Below, piece by piece: positions 18,978 to 28,776 of a stretch of DNA of 53,617 bases. The notes under the pieces were generated by a model. That model made no database searches. It worked only from the letters and a program-made list of their open reading frames with translations, and was not told where the DNA came from. Position 1 is the stretch's first letter, and every line of letters begins with the position of its first letter. The position numbers and the translations under genes are program-made. The stretch lies in the NCBI GenBank assembly GCA_028282565.1, contig JANQHS010000363.1, forward strand, positions 1 to 53,617, in the 5' to 3' direction. Source of the DNA: Cytophagales bacterium. GTDB taxonomy: Bacteria; Bacteroidota; Bacteroidia; Cytophagales; CCMP332.

Positions 18978-19980
18978 TAGATAATTCTAATGTCCAATTG
19001 ACTCTCTCCTTAAAAACATTAAGGCCCAGCAAAAATCTAAATCCAGTCCATAATCCCTTGCTGTAACCTTTATACTTCGCCCACGAAGATCTTGAGGGTC
19101 GAAAAAGAACACCGATCAAAGAAGAAAACAACATGAAAGAGTTGTGAAGAAAAAAAGCCATGCTTCCCTTTAACCTGCTCTTATTCATTATTTGGCAGAT
19201 CTTTTGATTAAGTAAAAGTCGTGAGAATACTATTCTGGAATAAAACTGTAACGGTCCGCCACCATAAGTACTGCCCGTATTAGGATGACTTACCAACTCT
19301 TCAGGGATACGGTAGAGCTGGCCAAAATTCAACATTCCGAGGCTGAGATATTTATCCTCCCCTCCTCCCAATCTATTGGTAAAACTATCCAATAGACAAT
19401 AATCAAATTTTGTAAAAGATTTTAGAAACTCATTTCTCCTGAAGACCATGAAAGGGCCCTTGAAATACTCAACCCTGTTGTCCTGGGGTTGATCCGGGTT
19501 CACAATTCCATTGAAGGAAATCTGACCCGGTTTTATTCGATTGGTCAAAACCCGACTCAAAAAACTGCCGAACGCCTTAGGCAAACCTCCAGGCAAATTT
19601 GAATATCCGTCATGCCAGTATTTAATAAAAGAAGATACCCCTACTGAGTTTTTTATTTGGAGAAAAGATCTAACCTTGCCAAACAAGTCCTTGTCGAGAA
19701 TACGTACGTCATCATCAAAAAAAGAGATCACGTCTGAGCCAGAGTTCATGGCACCCAAAATTCTTTGAAACGGTTGGTTTCCCAGTTTTGAGCTCAGGCG
19801 TATGAACTTGGGACCATATCGGTCCACTAGCTTTTGATTTTCCGAGGAATGTACCGGATCGTTTGATGAGTCCACAACGATCACTTGATCAAGATCATCA
19901 ACCAGCTCAGAAAGATCATGCAGCAAATTGGAAAGCAGATGACTGCGATTATAGGTGCAAATTATAACGTCTAATGTCAT
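18964..19980 (-). CDS. Glycosyltransferase family 2
   Basis: DVIICTYNR at the N-terminus and a FFDDDV DxD motif. Confidence 0.75.
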   Translation of the reverse strand: MTLDVIICTYNRSHLLSNLLHDLSELVDDLDQVIVVDSSNDPVHSSENQKLVDRYGPKFIRLSSKLGNQPFQRILGAMNSGSDVISFFDDDVRILDKDLFGKVRSFLQIKNSVGVSSFIKYWHDGYSNLPGGLPKAFGSFLSRVLTNRIKPGQISFNGIVNPDQPQDNRVEYFKGPFMVFRRNEFLKSFTKFDYCLLDSFTNRLGGGEDKYLSLGMLNFGQLYRIPEELVSHPNTGSTYGGGPLQFYSRIVFSRLLLNQKICQIMNKSRLKGSMAFFLHNSFMLFSSLIGVLFRPSRSSWAKYKGYSKGLWTGFRFLLGLNVFKERVNWTLELSNGRS

Positions 19981-21217
19981 TTTTGGGTAAGTATATTATT
20001 GCACTCGCAACACCAATGAGAAACCAGGCAAAAACATTCACGACAGCAGTCACAAAATAAAAATGAATGCTCATGCAGATAATGCCGATGAAAACCGGTT
20101 TAAAAAAGGATGATATCCGATCGAAGTAGAGCAAGAAGAAAAGTACTATTGACCCCATAATTAGAACAAAAGGAACAGCCAAAAACAACCCTCCTTCAGC
20201 AATGATGTTTATATAGCTATTATGAGAACTAATTGAGTTAATATCATCCTTGGTCACCACATATTTTGCACCTTCAAAATCACCTATGAAGTCAACCTCC
20301 GAAACCACAAAGTTATTCAGACCTATACCCGTATACATGTTTTCTTGAAAAAGGATTAAACCCTTTTCAACCATAGCCTGACGGATTAAATAAGATCGGT
20401 CTTCCATAAAAACCAAGTCAGAATGATAGATCAGATTATAGGTTCCCTCGTTTAGGTTGCGAATGAGGTCACCTACCATTTCAATTTGCAAGAAGTATGG
20501 TCCAAAAATTAACATCGCAAGAAGTAATACAATAGCCCTTCCGATTTTCAACTTATCAATAAAAAGTACTGAAAACCCACCGAAAGTCACCAATACGGCT
20601 CCAGCACGACTATCACTGAGAAAGGCTGCAAGAACATAAAGAATTGCCAGGATTATGGCTTTTCTTCGTCCATAGTATTGCTTAAAAAAATAGACGCTTA
20701 CCGGTGTAAAGCAAACCAGTAAAAAGGAAAAACCGTTTTGCGTGAACATTTTGAATATCGGGATCTGAAGCAATCCAATATGTTGTAAAAAATAGTAGTA
20801 CAGAATAGAGAAGGACAGACCAAGGAAAATAGCTCGATAAATAATGAAGTAGTTCAATCTCGCTCTAACGGCGATCAAGAAAGTTACGAGAATAGACCAA
20901 TAAATATAATTTGGAAGTACGGCCAACCCTCTTTCCAAGGCTAGTCCAAAAGGATCTTCAGGAATATTTGCTATTGAAATAATCGCACCAATCCCGAAGG
21001 CAATCGCATAAAATTGTATAGGTTTAGAAAGAAATGATCCTAGCCCTATACCACGTATATAACCGAAGAAAAGTAAGGGAAATATGAAAAATGAAATATT
21101 GAAAACGATAATAAGAAAAGGGCATGCCATGAAAAAGGCATACCACATTAATCTCTTCTCGTTAATAGATAAACTCGAATAGATCAACCTCATTCTATTA
21201 CTACCTGCCATTCTCAA
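19949..21217 (-). CDS. O-antigen polymerase/ligase-like (Wzy_C-type) polytopic membrane protein
   Basis: 422-aa ORF with about ten hydrophobic segments. It has an SDSRAGAVL motif and a large loop near residues 270-340, as in Wzy/WaaL-family proteins. Confidence 0.7.
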   Translation of the reverse strand: MRMAGSNRMRLIYSSLSINEKRLMWYAFFMACPFLIIVFNISFFIFPLLFFGYIRGIGLGSFLSKPIQFYAIAFGIGAIISIANIPEDPFGLALERGLAVLPNYIYWSILVTFLIAVRARLNYFIIYRAIFLGLSFSILYYYFLQHIGLLQIPIFKMFTQNGFSFLLVCFTPVSVYFFKQYYGRRKAIILAILYVLAAFLSDSRAGAVLVTFGGFSVLFIDKLKIGRAIVLLLAMLIFGPYFLQIEMVGDLIRNLNEGTYNLIYHSDLVFMEDRSYLIRQAMVEKGLILFQENMYTGIGLNNFVVSEVDFIGDFEGAKYVVTKDDINSISSHNSYINIIAEGGLFLAVPFVLIMGSIVLFFLLYFDRISSFFKPVFIGIICMSIHFYFVTAVVNVFAWFLIGVASAIIYLPKNDIRRYNLHL

Positions 21218-22388
21218 GCTCCGACTTCTTTAAGCAGTAACTATAAAAATCAATATTCTTCTTAACGATCGCCTCCGGGGAATAATAGCGATGCGCGGCG
21301 TCAGAAGCCGCTTCCCTTACCTTTTCCACCAAATCAGGGTTGCCGACCACTTCGCGAATTCTTTCAGATACTTCCCTAGGATTATTAAAATCAACGAAAA
21401 ATCCATTATACCCATCCTTTAGAATTTCCGTGATTCCGCCAACTTTGTTGGAAAAAACCATTAGACCACAAGACATCGACTCGAGAACGTTTAGCCCAAA
21501 AGCTTCTGCCCTGGTGGGGTTTAGAAGAATATCCGCGTTCTCCAGCTCCCGCTTCACGCTGGATCTATCAATAGCTCCTTTCCATGATATATTCAAATCC
21601 TGGAATTTTTGAATCGATTTTCCAATATAAGATCTGTATTGACTCTCAACTTGTCCTATAACTGTTAGTTTGGATTCCGGATCCCTTTTTTGAATTTCAG
21701 CAAAAGTCAAAATTCCTTCCTTGAGCCCCTTTAATTCAGTACCCCGTCCCAGAAAAACAAATCTATTTCCTATTCTACCTCTCGATTCCTGCCCAGATCT
21801 TATATATGATTCATGGAGAAAATTTGGGATTCTTGTAATTGAAACTTCACCAAGTTGAAACTCCTTCCTTGTGTTTTCAGCAATAGAATTCGATATGGAA
21901 CAAAAATACTGTCCAAGCTGAAGGGTTCTGTTTTCCAAAAGCTTAATTGAAAATCTGGGACTCTTGCCGGCCATCTTTGTTGTAACGGTATGAGAACCGT
22001 GAAGACGAATGATCATGGGTACACTCGGAGGAAAGACTATCGGACCCGACCACTCATACGATTCAATTAGATCCGGGCGAAAAGTTTTTATAGCCTGTTT
22101 GAAAAAAGATTGGAAATAGATCCTGTCATATAGCGGTTTTAATACACCCGATTTTTGGAGCAATTCATACCACCAACTTTTTCTGGGATACGGGACCTTG
22201 TAGATCTGAACATCCTCGCTTTTTGAGGCCTTAAATTGATCCACTCCGAAATCCAGCCCAACTATTCCTACCCGAATAGATTTTTCCGACAACTTTCTCG
22301 CAAGCGACTCAACAATCACTCCTATTCCACCATGAGGATTTGGGGGTAGTTCGTGACATACAAATAGAATACTGAAAGCCCTTTTCAA
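21201..22388 (-). CDS. Glycosyltransferase family 4
   Basis: N-terminal ILFVCHELPPNPHGGIG and C-terminal TRAEAFGLNVLESMSCGL (EX7E). Confidence 0.8.
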   Translation of the reverse strand: MKRAFSILFVCHELPPNPHGGIGVIVESLARKLSEKSIRVGIVGLDFGVDQFKASKSEDVQIYKVPYPRKSWWYELLQKSGVLKPLYDRIYFQSFFKQAIKTFRPDLIESYEWSGPIVFPPSVPMIIRLHGSHTVTTKMAGKSPRFSIKLLENRTLQLGQYFCSISNSIAENTRKEFQLGEVSITRIPNFLHESYIRSGQESRGRIGNRFVFLGRGTELKGLKEGILTFAEIQKRDPESKLTVIGQVESQYRSYIGKSIQKFQDLNISWKGAIDRSSVKRELENADILLNPTRAEAFGLNVLESMSCGLMVFSNKVGGITEILKDGYNGFFVDFNNPREVSERIREVVGNPDLVEKVREAASDAAHRYYSPEAIVKKNIDFYSYCLKKSELENGR

Positions 22389-23584
22389 GAAAAAAGAAGC
22401 TTTTTGTAGGCTTTGACCTGATCCTCGAGAGAAAACCTTGATTCCGCTAGCAAACTGCCACGCTTTCCGAGATCCGATCTCAACTGCTCATCAGCCATCA
22501 GCTTTTTTATTGAGCCAACAACTTCTTCCAGGCGATAAGGGTCCACTACGAATCCGGTTTCATGATCAATTACATTCTCACTCAATCCACCCTTATTCGA
22601 AACTATGCACGGAATACCCAGTTTCTGAGCTTGTATGACTGAGTTATTGAATCCTTCTTCTATGGATAAATGCAAGAGGATATCAAACGCCAAGAAATGG
22701 GAAAATAGCAACTCACCTTCCAACCATCCCTTAAAAATTACTTTGTCAGCAATTCCCAGCCGTATGCTCTCCATTCTCAGATAATCCAATTCCGGACCGG
22801 TTCCGATGATCATATATCGCGCATCCGGAAACTCCTCTTCGATTTGCTTAAATGCCCTTATCGCAATGATATGTCCCTTGGTCCAATAACATCTGGAAAC
22901 ACTTCCAAGCAACACCTCTCCGGTTTTCTTGGCCATTTCGTGGTTACCGCTCAATACTCCTCTCCCACCTGAGGGATTTATGACAACAACCTTTCTTTCA
23001 TCAAATCCAAGTTCAGCAACCTGGGATTTTTGATAATTTCCCAAAACATGAAGCTCATCGATCCAGGTCAAAAACGGTCGATACTTTTCCGGATGGAGGT
23101 CAAAGTCCTGCCCTCTCAGGCTTGCCTTTATTTGGCTTTCTCCAAAGATCGCTTTGGTCTTAAAATGAGGAAGAAGTTGAAAAGCGTTTAGATAGACCAG
23201 ATCATATTTCCTGCGGACAATTGGAAAAAATGAGTAGAGAAAGAACAAGACCGCGCTGAGTTTTCTCTGATCTTTCGGGAAACCATGATAAATTTTCAAA
23301 AACCTCACGGGAGAAAATAAAAGGAAGACAGCCAACCCTATCCACCTTCCAAAATTGAAAAAGCCCTTGGTTTTGAAAAATTTACGCCCAGGCCGGATAG
23401 AACCAGACCTATGATATGAATCCTGTTGGGATCTGTGAAAACAGAACATATCAACGGATTGGTCTTGAAAAACCTCATCGAAAAGATCAGAGATATAGGG
23501 ATGCTTCTCACTTGGGTAAACGGAAAATATGACTAGAATACTCTTGCTCAAGCGGCTCTCCAATGTGATAGGTCTATCTCCCAT
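22385..23584 (-). CDS. Glycosyltransferase family 4 (WcaL-like)
   Basis: C-terminal SIEEGFNNSVIQAQKLGIPCIVS in a GT-B-sized ORF. Confidence 0.75.
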   Translation of the reverse strand: MGDRPITLESRLSKSILVIFSVYPSEKHPYISDLFDEVFQDQSVDMFCFHRSQQDSYHRSGSIRPGRKFFKTKGFFNFGRWIGLAVFLLFSPVRFLKIYHGFPKDQRKLSAVLFFLYSFFPIVRRKYDLVYLNAFQLLPHFKTKAIFGESQIKASLRGQDFDLHPEKYRPFLTWIDELHVLGNYQKSQVAELGFDERKVVVINPSGGRGVLSGNHEMAKKTGEVLLGSVSRCYWTKGHIIAIRAFKQIEEEFPDARYMIIGTGPELDYLRMESIRLGIADKVIFKGWLEGELLFSHFLAFDILLHLSIEEGFNNSVIQAQKLGIPCIVSNKGGLSENVIDHETGFVVDPYRLEEVVGSIKKLMADEQLRSDLGKRGSLLAESRFSLEDQVKAYKKLLFS

Positions 23585-24390
23585 AGATCCTCAAGAAATG
23601 CTATGTCCTCCTCAAAATAGTTCAGCAGCTTACGATATTGGGATCCCTCTAATTTTTGATGATCATTCGGCCCTCCCCCTTCTCTGGTATTCCACTTGAA
23701 AATCTTCTTTTTGACTGTCTTGAATTTCCCTCTTAGCCCGACGAGTCTATACAGAGGCTTCAGTAAGCTGATCAGATGGTTGATCCATTGGTATCGAACT
23801 TTTCTCCCCTTAAATATCCTTTTGCCAATATTGTGATAAGACTTATGAGGGGTCAGGCCAAGAAATTCCTCTATCGAAGCAATTATTCCCGAGGGGTTCA
23901 GGCTCAGATCATCGTAATTGTGGATTAGAATACTATCGCGAGGAAAGTTCTCAAAGAAGGGTTTGAGCTTTTCCTTATATTTTCCCTTGTCCACCAAAGG
24001 ATCTCCGGGCCTCAATACTTCATCGATTAATCTTGATTCGATTCCCGCTGCAAAAAGCATGTTGTAATTTGAAATCGCCCGATCGACCGGATTTCTCAAA
24101 ATGGCTATGATTTTCACCTCTGGGAACATCTTCCTGATTCGCTGTGCGGAGATGCTCGAATTGGCCAGATAGCCCGGGGTTATTTCACCACAACATTTCT
24201 CCCTGTTTTCAGCAAAGAAGGAAGAATACCACTTGATTCCTTTTTCAAAGTTCTCGTCTTTATCGAAGAAATGAACCTCTTTAATCGGGGGAACAAAAAT
24301 GTCCGGGTGTTCATTCAAAACATGCTTAAGCCAGGTCGTACCTGATTTTTCAGCTCCAATCACCAGGAAATTGGGAGCGAAATCACTCAT
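23548..24390 (-). CDS. Sulfotransferase (Sulfotransfer_1-like)
   Basis: Textbook 5'-PSB loop VIGAEKSGTTWL and 3'-PB motif ILRNPVDRAISNY. Confidence 0.85.
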   Translation of the reverse strand: MSDFAPNFLVIGAEKSGTTWLKHVLNEHPDIFVPPIKEVHFFDKDENFEKGIKWYSSFFAENREKCCGEITPGYLANSSISAQRIRKMFPEVKIIAILRNPVDRAISNYNMLFAAGIESRLIDEVLRPGDPLVDKGKYKEKLKPFFENFPRDSILIHNYDDLSLNPSGIIASIEEFLGLTPHKSYHNIGKRIFKGRKVRYQWINHLISLLKPLYRLVGLRGKFKTVKKKIFKWNTREGGGPNDHQKLEGSQYRKLLNYFEEDIAFLEDLWEIDLSHWRAA

Positions 24391-24391
24391 T

Positions 24392-25525
24392 TTAGCTTAA
24401 GGCAGAATTCCAAAATTCATTGAATTTTCTTGCGTGGACCTCTTTGGACAAAATTGAGTCGGCTTGCGCTTTGAACTTCCGGACATCAAATTTCCCATCG
24501 GCAACAAGTCTCATTGTTTGGCTAATTTTTTCGGCAAGATCCGATCCATTACCAGCTTCACTTAAGAGATGTGAAAATTCCTTGGGCCATAGTTCCGGTA
24601 CACCGTTGATATTTGTAGAAACGGAAGGAATACCGCATTTCCAAGCCTCTGCCAGGCTGTTTGGAAACCCTTCAAAAAGACTCGATTGGATATATAAATC
24701 TGTTCTTGCAAAAAAGGATAAGATCTCTTTTCGGTCTTTCTTCCCAACGAGATGGATATGCTTGCTCAGTTTAAGATCGTTGATCATGTATTGAAGCTTT
24801 TCCCTTTCGTCTCCCTCTCCGACAATGATCAAGTCCCTTAGTCCATCGGTATTGCTCCTTTTGAGGATATCATAAGCGAGAATAAGCGTGTCAAATCCCT
24901 TTCTCCAATGCAACCTTCCCACACTCAACCAAATACGGGATTCTCCACTCTGAAGAGTCGGTGCAGTCCAGTCATCACTTATGGCAGTATAAATGGTTCG
25001 CACCTTCTCCTTCTCAAGATCGGGGACCAAGGAAAAAAGTTCATTCTTCAGACTATCACAAACCGAATGAATACCATTAGCATTAAAACAGGCTTTCTTC
25101 AGATTGTCGAGATATCCATCGATAAGGTATGGCTGGTTTTGGATATCCGCTCCTCGTATACTAAATGTAAATGGATAGCCCAAGGACTTGGCCAATTCTC
25201 CAAACTGTGCAGCTCCCGAAGCAAACTGGAAATGAACCAGGTCAGGATTGATCTTTTTCAAGGCTCCTTCAAATAGTCTTTGCTTCGCCTGTTTCAGTTT
25301 CCATGGCTTAAGCGAAAAGATCTTTTGCGATTTGGATAAACGACTGGAATTAGGAATGGCGAAGGCATCTATTCCAATCTTAGGAATGGAAAGCCTGCGG
25401 AATCTGTGAGGGGTTTGGGTGAAGCCCCATACAAGCTCAACCTTTCCCGAATCAAACAGACTTATTGCATGCTCCTGCAGAAATGTCTCTCCAGGAGGAG
25501 AATTTAGGACCTCAAGAATTTTCAG
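24392..25525 (-). CDS. Glycosyltransferase family 4 (WcaL-like), probable CTG start
   Basis: The ORF track gives 24392..25261 (TTG start). The frame stays open for 90 more codons up to the TAG at 25532-25534. That stretch encodes the missing N-terminal Rossmann half (KILEVLNSPPGETFLQEHAISLFDSGKVELVWGF). It contains no ATG, GTG or TTG. The C-terminal half carries SLFEGFPNSLAEAWKCGIPSVST. Confidence 0.75.
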   Translation of the reverse strand: MKILEVLNSPPGETFLQEHAISLFDSGKVELVWGFTQTPHRFRRLSIPKIGIDAFAIPNSSRLSKSQKIFSLKPWKLKQAKQRLFEGALKKINPDLVHFQFASGAAQFGELAKSLGYPFTFSIRGADIQNQPYLIDGYLDNLKKACFNANGIHSVCDSLKNELFSLVPDLEKEKVRTIYTAISDDWTAPTLQSGESRIWLSVGRLHWRKGFDTLILAYDILKRSNTDGLRDLIIVGEGDEREKLQYMINDLKLSKHIHLVGKKDRKEILSFFARTDLYIQSSLFEGFPNSLAEAWKCGIPSVSTNINGVPELWPKEFSHLLSEAGNGSDLAEKISQTMRLVADGKFDVRKFKAQADSILSKEVHARKFNEFWNSALS

Positions 25526-25531
25526 AAATAT

Positions 25532-27685
25532 CTACTTCTTCAGCACGCGATGGTATTCGGTTCCGTTCTGGGTGGTTACAACGAAAATAAACACGCCTGA
25601 CTCGAAACTCTCCAGATCGACAAATTCGGGTTTACCGGAATAACTGTAAACTTCCTGTCCCAGTTGATCCAATACGCGCACTCTCAGAATTTCACCTGAT
25701 CTGCTGCTCAATTGAACCTGCCCATCAGCTGGATTCGGGAAGATCAACACCTGATTTGAACCGTCGTAAGAATCAGAAAATACACTAGAACCGTTTCCAT
25801 GTAGGGAGATGCTTTCAGGTTCGAAAGATTCACCCGCACCCGGGCCTGCGATCGACATATAAGTCAGATTACAGCCTGCATCGTAGGCTCCAGAATCAGA
25901 TCCGATTATGGCACGGACCTGGACCGTATAGGCCCCGTCCCCCATGGTTGGAGTCAATCCAAAACTGGCGCAATTCGTTGTTGTGAATATGGTGGTATCC
26001 CCTGCTCCGGAAAACCTGAATTGGTAATAATTCGCACCCCCAACAGGGCTGGCACATAAAGAGTTTTGCTCGTTGACAGAAGTCCCGCAAAGCCAGGAAT
26101 TCAGACCGGTTGATGGAACGCCCGAAGTTGTAGAAAAACTACAGGATGATCCCCAGGTACTATTTACTCCGTCAACAGTAACCCGAATTCGAACCGAGTA
26201 ATTTCCTCCATACCCCAAGCCAGGGATTGATGAAAGTTGCAAATACGGTACCGTGCGATTGATGGGTGTCGTCGGGATATCACCGCTTATTTCGAAGCGA
26301 TATTGGGTGGCATTCGGAATTTCATAGCACCTAAGACTTGAATTGAGATTGGAAAAACTCGCCCCGCATTGATAATTCACCAGTGTCGTTGGAGATGATG
26401 CTCCGTTGACCTGGTAGGTACAGGTATTCCCAAAAGATGACCAGGCACCATCAACGAAAGCCCCTACCTCTACAGTGTAGAATCCATTGTTGGTGACCGC
26501 GGCTTGGTTCATGGTTATCTGTCTTCCGCCTCCGGATTCAAACGTTGTATCGACCCCCGTTCCCCTAACTCTAAACCTATAGTTGGTGGCCCCACCAACA
26601 TTCCAACAAGAAAGGGGTGTAGACAACTGGACAACAGACCCACAAGAGGGGGTTGTCATACCGGTTATTACGGTATCGATCCTGACCTGACATGATCCGT
26701 ACCAGGCATCGCTCCATTGACCGGGAATTCCGGTAAAAATCCCCCGTGTTCTTACATTGTAGGTCTGATTGTAACTGAGTTGAGTAGAGGTTTTATCCAA
26801 ATTGATACTTCTCCTCGTTCCCGTATTCTCAATAAAGGCAGATCCAAGATCCCCACCACTAAACTCAAATTCATATTCATCAGCGGTTGCATTGGCGGCA
26901 ACCCAAATAGACTGATTTCGATTGTTTGTAACATAACCGCAGAATTGGTGGAGCAACCTTACCCCATCTGCCGGAGGGCCAACTCCGCCGCCTCCGGTAA
27001 GCCTTAAATTATCAAATGACAATTCTCTAAGAATATTATTACCCGCTATCACAATTCTTAACTCCAAACTCGTACCCGTAGCAAGGAGTGAATCGCTAAA
27101 GGTCACCAAGGTTTCTGTTAGCTGGACATCTGCTCCTCCTCCAGCAATATCTGCGGGAGGATCGGTGTAAAACAAGGGTCTTTGTGAAGTATTACTCGAA
27201 TTACTGACCTTCATAAGGTTATTCCATCCGCCACCATCGATTTGGAAATCCACATCCAGGTAAAATCGGTTAAATGAGAACCTTCTGGGGCCGTAGAGAT
27301 TTCCGGATCTACAGGCCAGGTCTATTGAGAAAACCAAATCCGTGAAAGCCGTTATGTCAATAGGGTTTATCGAAAGGGTACATATGCCATCATTTGGCGC
27401 TCCTGAAGCTACATTTGGATCATTGTCCAAATGAGGATTCTGAATAGAAAAATAGCTGGTACCGGTAATAGAAGCAGGAGTATATGCACTTCCTATGAAA
27501 CTGGCCGGAGCACCTCTTTTGAAATAGCTTCTGGTAGAATCGAAGATATGACTTCTGGTGTATCGAATTCCTTCACCGTCTGTTTCGAAGGATTCCTGAT
27601 ATATCGTCGTTTGAGACCAACCAGGGACCGCTACAAACAGAAAAATTCCAAAAAATAACCTTCTTACGAGTAAAATTCTTTCCAT
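25532..27685 (-). CDS. Secreted T9SS cargo protein with four Cys-framed repeats and a Por-type C-terminal sorting domain
   Basis: Signal peptide MERILLVRRLFFGIFLFVAVPGWSQ, then an N-terminal beta-rich domain of about 230 aa. Four repeats of about 85-90 aa follow. The C-terminal VLIFPNPADGQVQL...GVFIFVVTTQNGTEYHRVLKK is typical of the T9SS CTD (TIGR04183-like). Confidence 0.8.
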   Translation of the reverse strand: MERILLVRRLFFGIFLFVAVPGWSQTTIYQESFETDGEGIRYTRSHIFDSTRSYFKRGAPASFIGSAYTPASITGTSYFSIQNPHLDNDPNVASGAPNDGICTLSINPIDITAFTDLVFSIDLACRSGNLYGPRRFSFNRFYLDVDFQIDGGGWNNLMKVSNSSNTSQRPLFYTDPPADIAGGGADVQLTETLVTFSDSLLATGTSLELRIVIAGNNILRELSFDNLRLTGGGGVGPPADGVRLLHQFCGYVTNNRNQSIWVAANATADEYEFEFSGGDLGSAFIENTGTRRSINLDKTSTQLSYNQTYNVRTRGIFTGIPGQWSDAWYGSCQVRIDTVITGMTTPSCGSVVQLSTPLSCWNVGGATNYRFRVRGTGVDTTFESGGGRQITMNQAAVTNNGFYTVEVGAFVDGAWSSFGNTCTYQVNGASSPTTLVNYQCGASFSNLNSSLRCYEIPNATQYRFEISGDIPTTPINRTVPYLQLSSIPGLGYGGNYSVRIRVTVDGVNSTWGSSCSFSTTSGVPSTGLNSWLCGTSVNEQNSLCASPVGGANYYQFRFSGAGDTTIFTTTNCASFGLTPTMGDGAYTVQVRAIIGSDSGAYDAGCNLTYMSIAGPGAGESFEPESISLHGNGSSVFSDSYDGSNQVLIFPNPADGQVQLSSRSGEILRVRVLDQLGQEVYSYSGKPEFVDLESFESGVFIFVVTTQNGTEYHRVLKK
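25856..26953 (-). repeat. Four tandem coding repeats (about 85-90 aa each) inside the T9SS cargo gene
   Basis: Each unit follows the pattern C-G ... (N/G)A(T/N)xY(R/E/Q)F ... YxV(R/E)(V/I/T) ... W ... C. The units fall at roughly residues 246-336, 345-425, 437-518 and 529-608. Confidence 0.6.
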
Positions 27686-28776
27686 TTCAATAATTCATTG
27701 TTCCCTCCGAACCTCTCCAATACGTGATTTTGAAGATTTTGGCCCATTTTTATCCGTAATTCTCTGTCAAACAGGATTTCCCGCAAATTACTGGTTAATT
27801 CTTCCAGATCAAAAAAGGTTACCAACCTTCCACTAACATTGTTTTGGATAATTTCAGGGATTCCATCGCTATTTGAGGCCAGAACAGCCATTTTAGCTGC
27901 TCCTGCTTCAAGAAGCACATTTGGCAGGGCATCTGTAATCGCAGGATGTAAAAGCACATCGGAGTTTTTCATTACTTCTGACAATCTTGTCGCAGAAAGG
28001 GGCTTAGAAATAGAAACCCTCTCCTCAATACCCAATTTGCGGGTCAATATCCGGAGTTTAGCATATTCCGGTCCGTCTCCTATAATACGATAGTTCCAGA
28101 GCATGGTTTCCTTCGAAACTCTGCTCAGGGCAAGTAAAGCCAGATCAAATCCTTTTTGCCATGTAAGTCTTCCAACCGAAAGTAGTTGAACAGGCCTGTT
28201 CTCGACCTTTTCCTCTTTGAGAATAAAATTGGGATCAACCCTGCGGTAAATGGTGAAGCATTTTTTTTGGTCAGCACCATATTCCAAGGCCTTGGACTTT
28301 ATAGCCTCGCTTACAAAATGGAATCTTCTTCCTTTATCTAAAACGGACCTAACCAGTTCGTTCCATTTTTGATCGATTTCCGGCCGGACCAACAGATCGA
28401 AGCCACGAAAGGAAAACAGGCTTTTTTCAAGAGGAATCCATGATCGATATTTTGGGAAATTCTGGGCATTCAAAAAATGAAATTGCTGACTGCCATTTTT
28501 TAAGATTTCTTGGTCTATGCTGAAACCCTTCCTTTCATCGACAGGCAAAGTTTTGTTCATCAGTTTCCGCTGCATCCTTCCAACCGCTCCCTCCGCTTTC
28601 TTCAAAACCCTCACTTCCTGAGTATCGGTTGTTGAGTTTGAGATCGAATCAGCAAAAAAGGAAACAGGCCAATTTTGCTCGGCCAGCTTCTTCTGCCAGG
28701 CCAGCCAAAATGGTTGGCTTGGGTTTCCAAATCGATCAAAAATTATTGCAGTCGGTTTCAATTTGAGTTTGCCCAA
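27664..28776 (-). CDS. Glycosyltransferase family 4
   Basis: GT-B-sized 370-aa ORF with C-terminal ALPNVLLEAGAAKMAVLASN and GIPEII motifs. Confidence 0.75.
   Translation of the reverse strand: MGKLKLKPTAIIFDRFGNPSQPFWLAWQKKLAEQNWPVSFFADSISNSTTDTQEVRVLKKAEGAVGRMQRKLMNKTLPVDERKGFSIDQEILKNGSQQFHFLNAQNFPKYRSWIPLEKSLFSFRGFDLLVRPEIDQKWNELVRSVLDKGRRFHFVSEAIKSKALEYGADQKKCFTIYRRVDPNFILKEEKVENRPVQLLSVGRLTWQKGFDLALLALSRVSKETMLWNYRIIGDGPEYAKLRILTRKLGIEERVSISKPLSATRLSEVMKNSDVLLHPAITDALPNVLLEAGAAKMAVLASNSDGIPEIIQNNVSGRLVTFFDLEELTSNLREILFDRELRIKMGQNLQNHVLERFGGNNELLKWKEFYS

Noticed and set aside
25523-25534. Stop-codon read-through fusing the T9SS cargo protein to the in-frame GT4 enzyme downstream.
   Set aside because: The T9SS CTD must be at the extreme C-terminus to be recognised, and a cytoplasmic GT-B enzyme fused to a secreted protein makes no functional sense. 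Sharing a frame has a one-in-three chance. Reinitiation at CTG is the simpler reading.
28261-28268. Homopolymer tracts (T8 at 28261-28268 in a GT4 gene, T8 at 40490-40497 in wzt, and other runs of 7-8) as slipped-strand phase-variation switches.
   Set aside because: The tracts are short, are expected in an AT-leaning genome, and do not sit near gene starts. Without population data there is no evidence of length variation.
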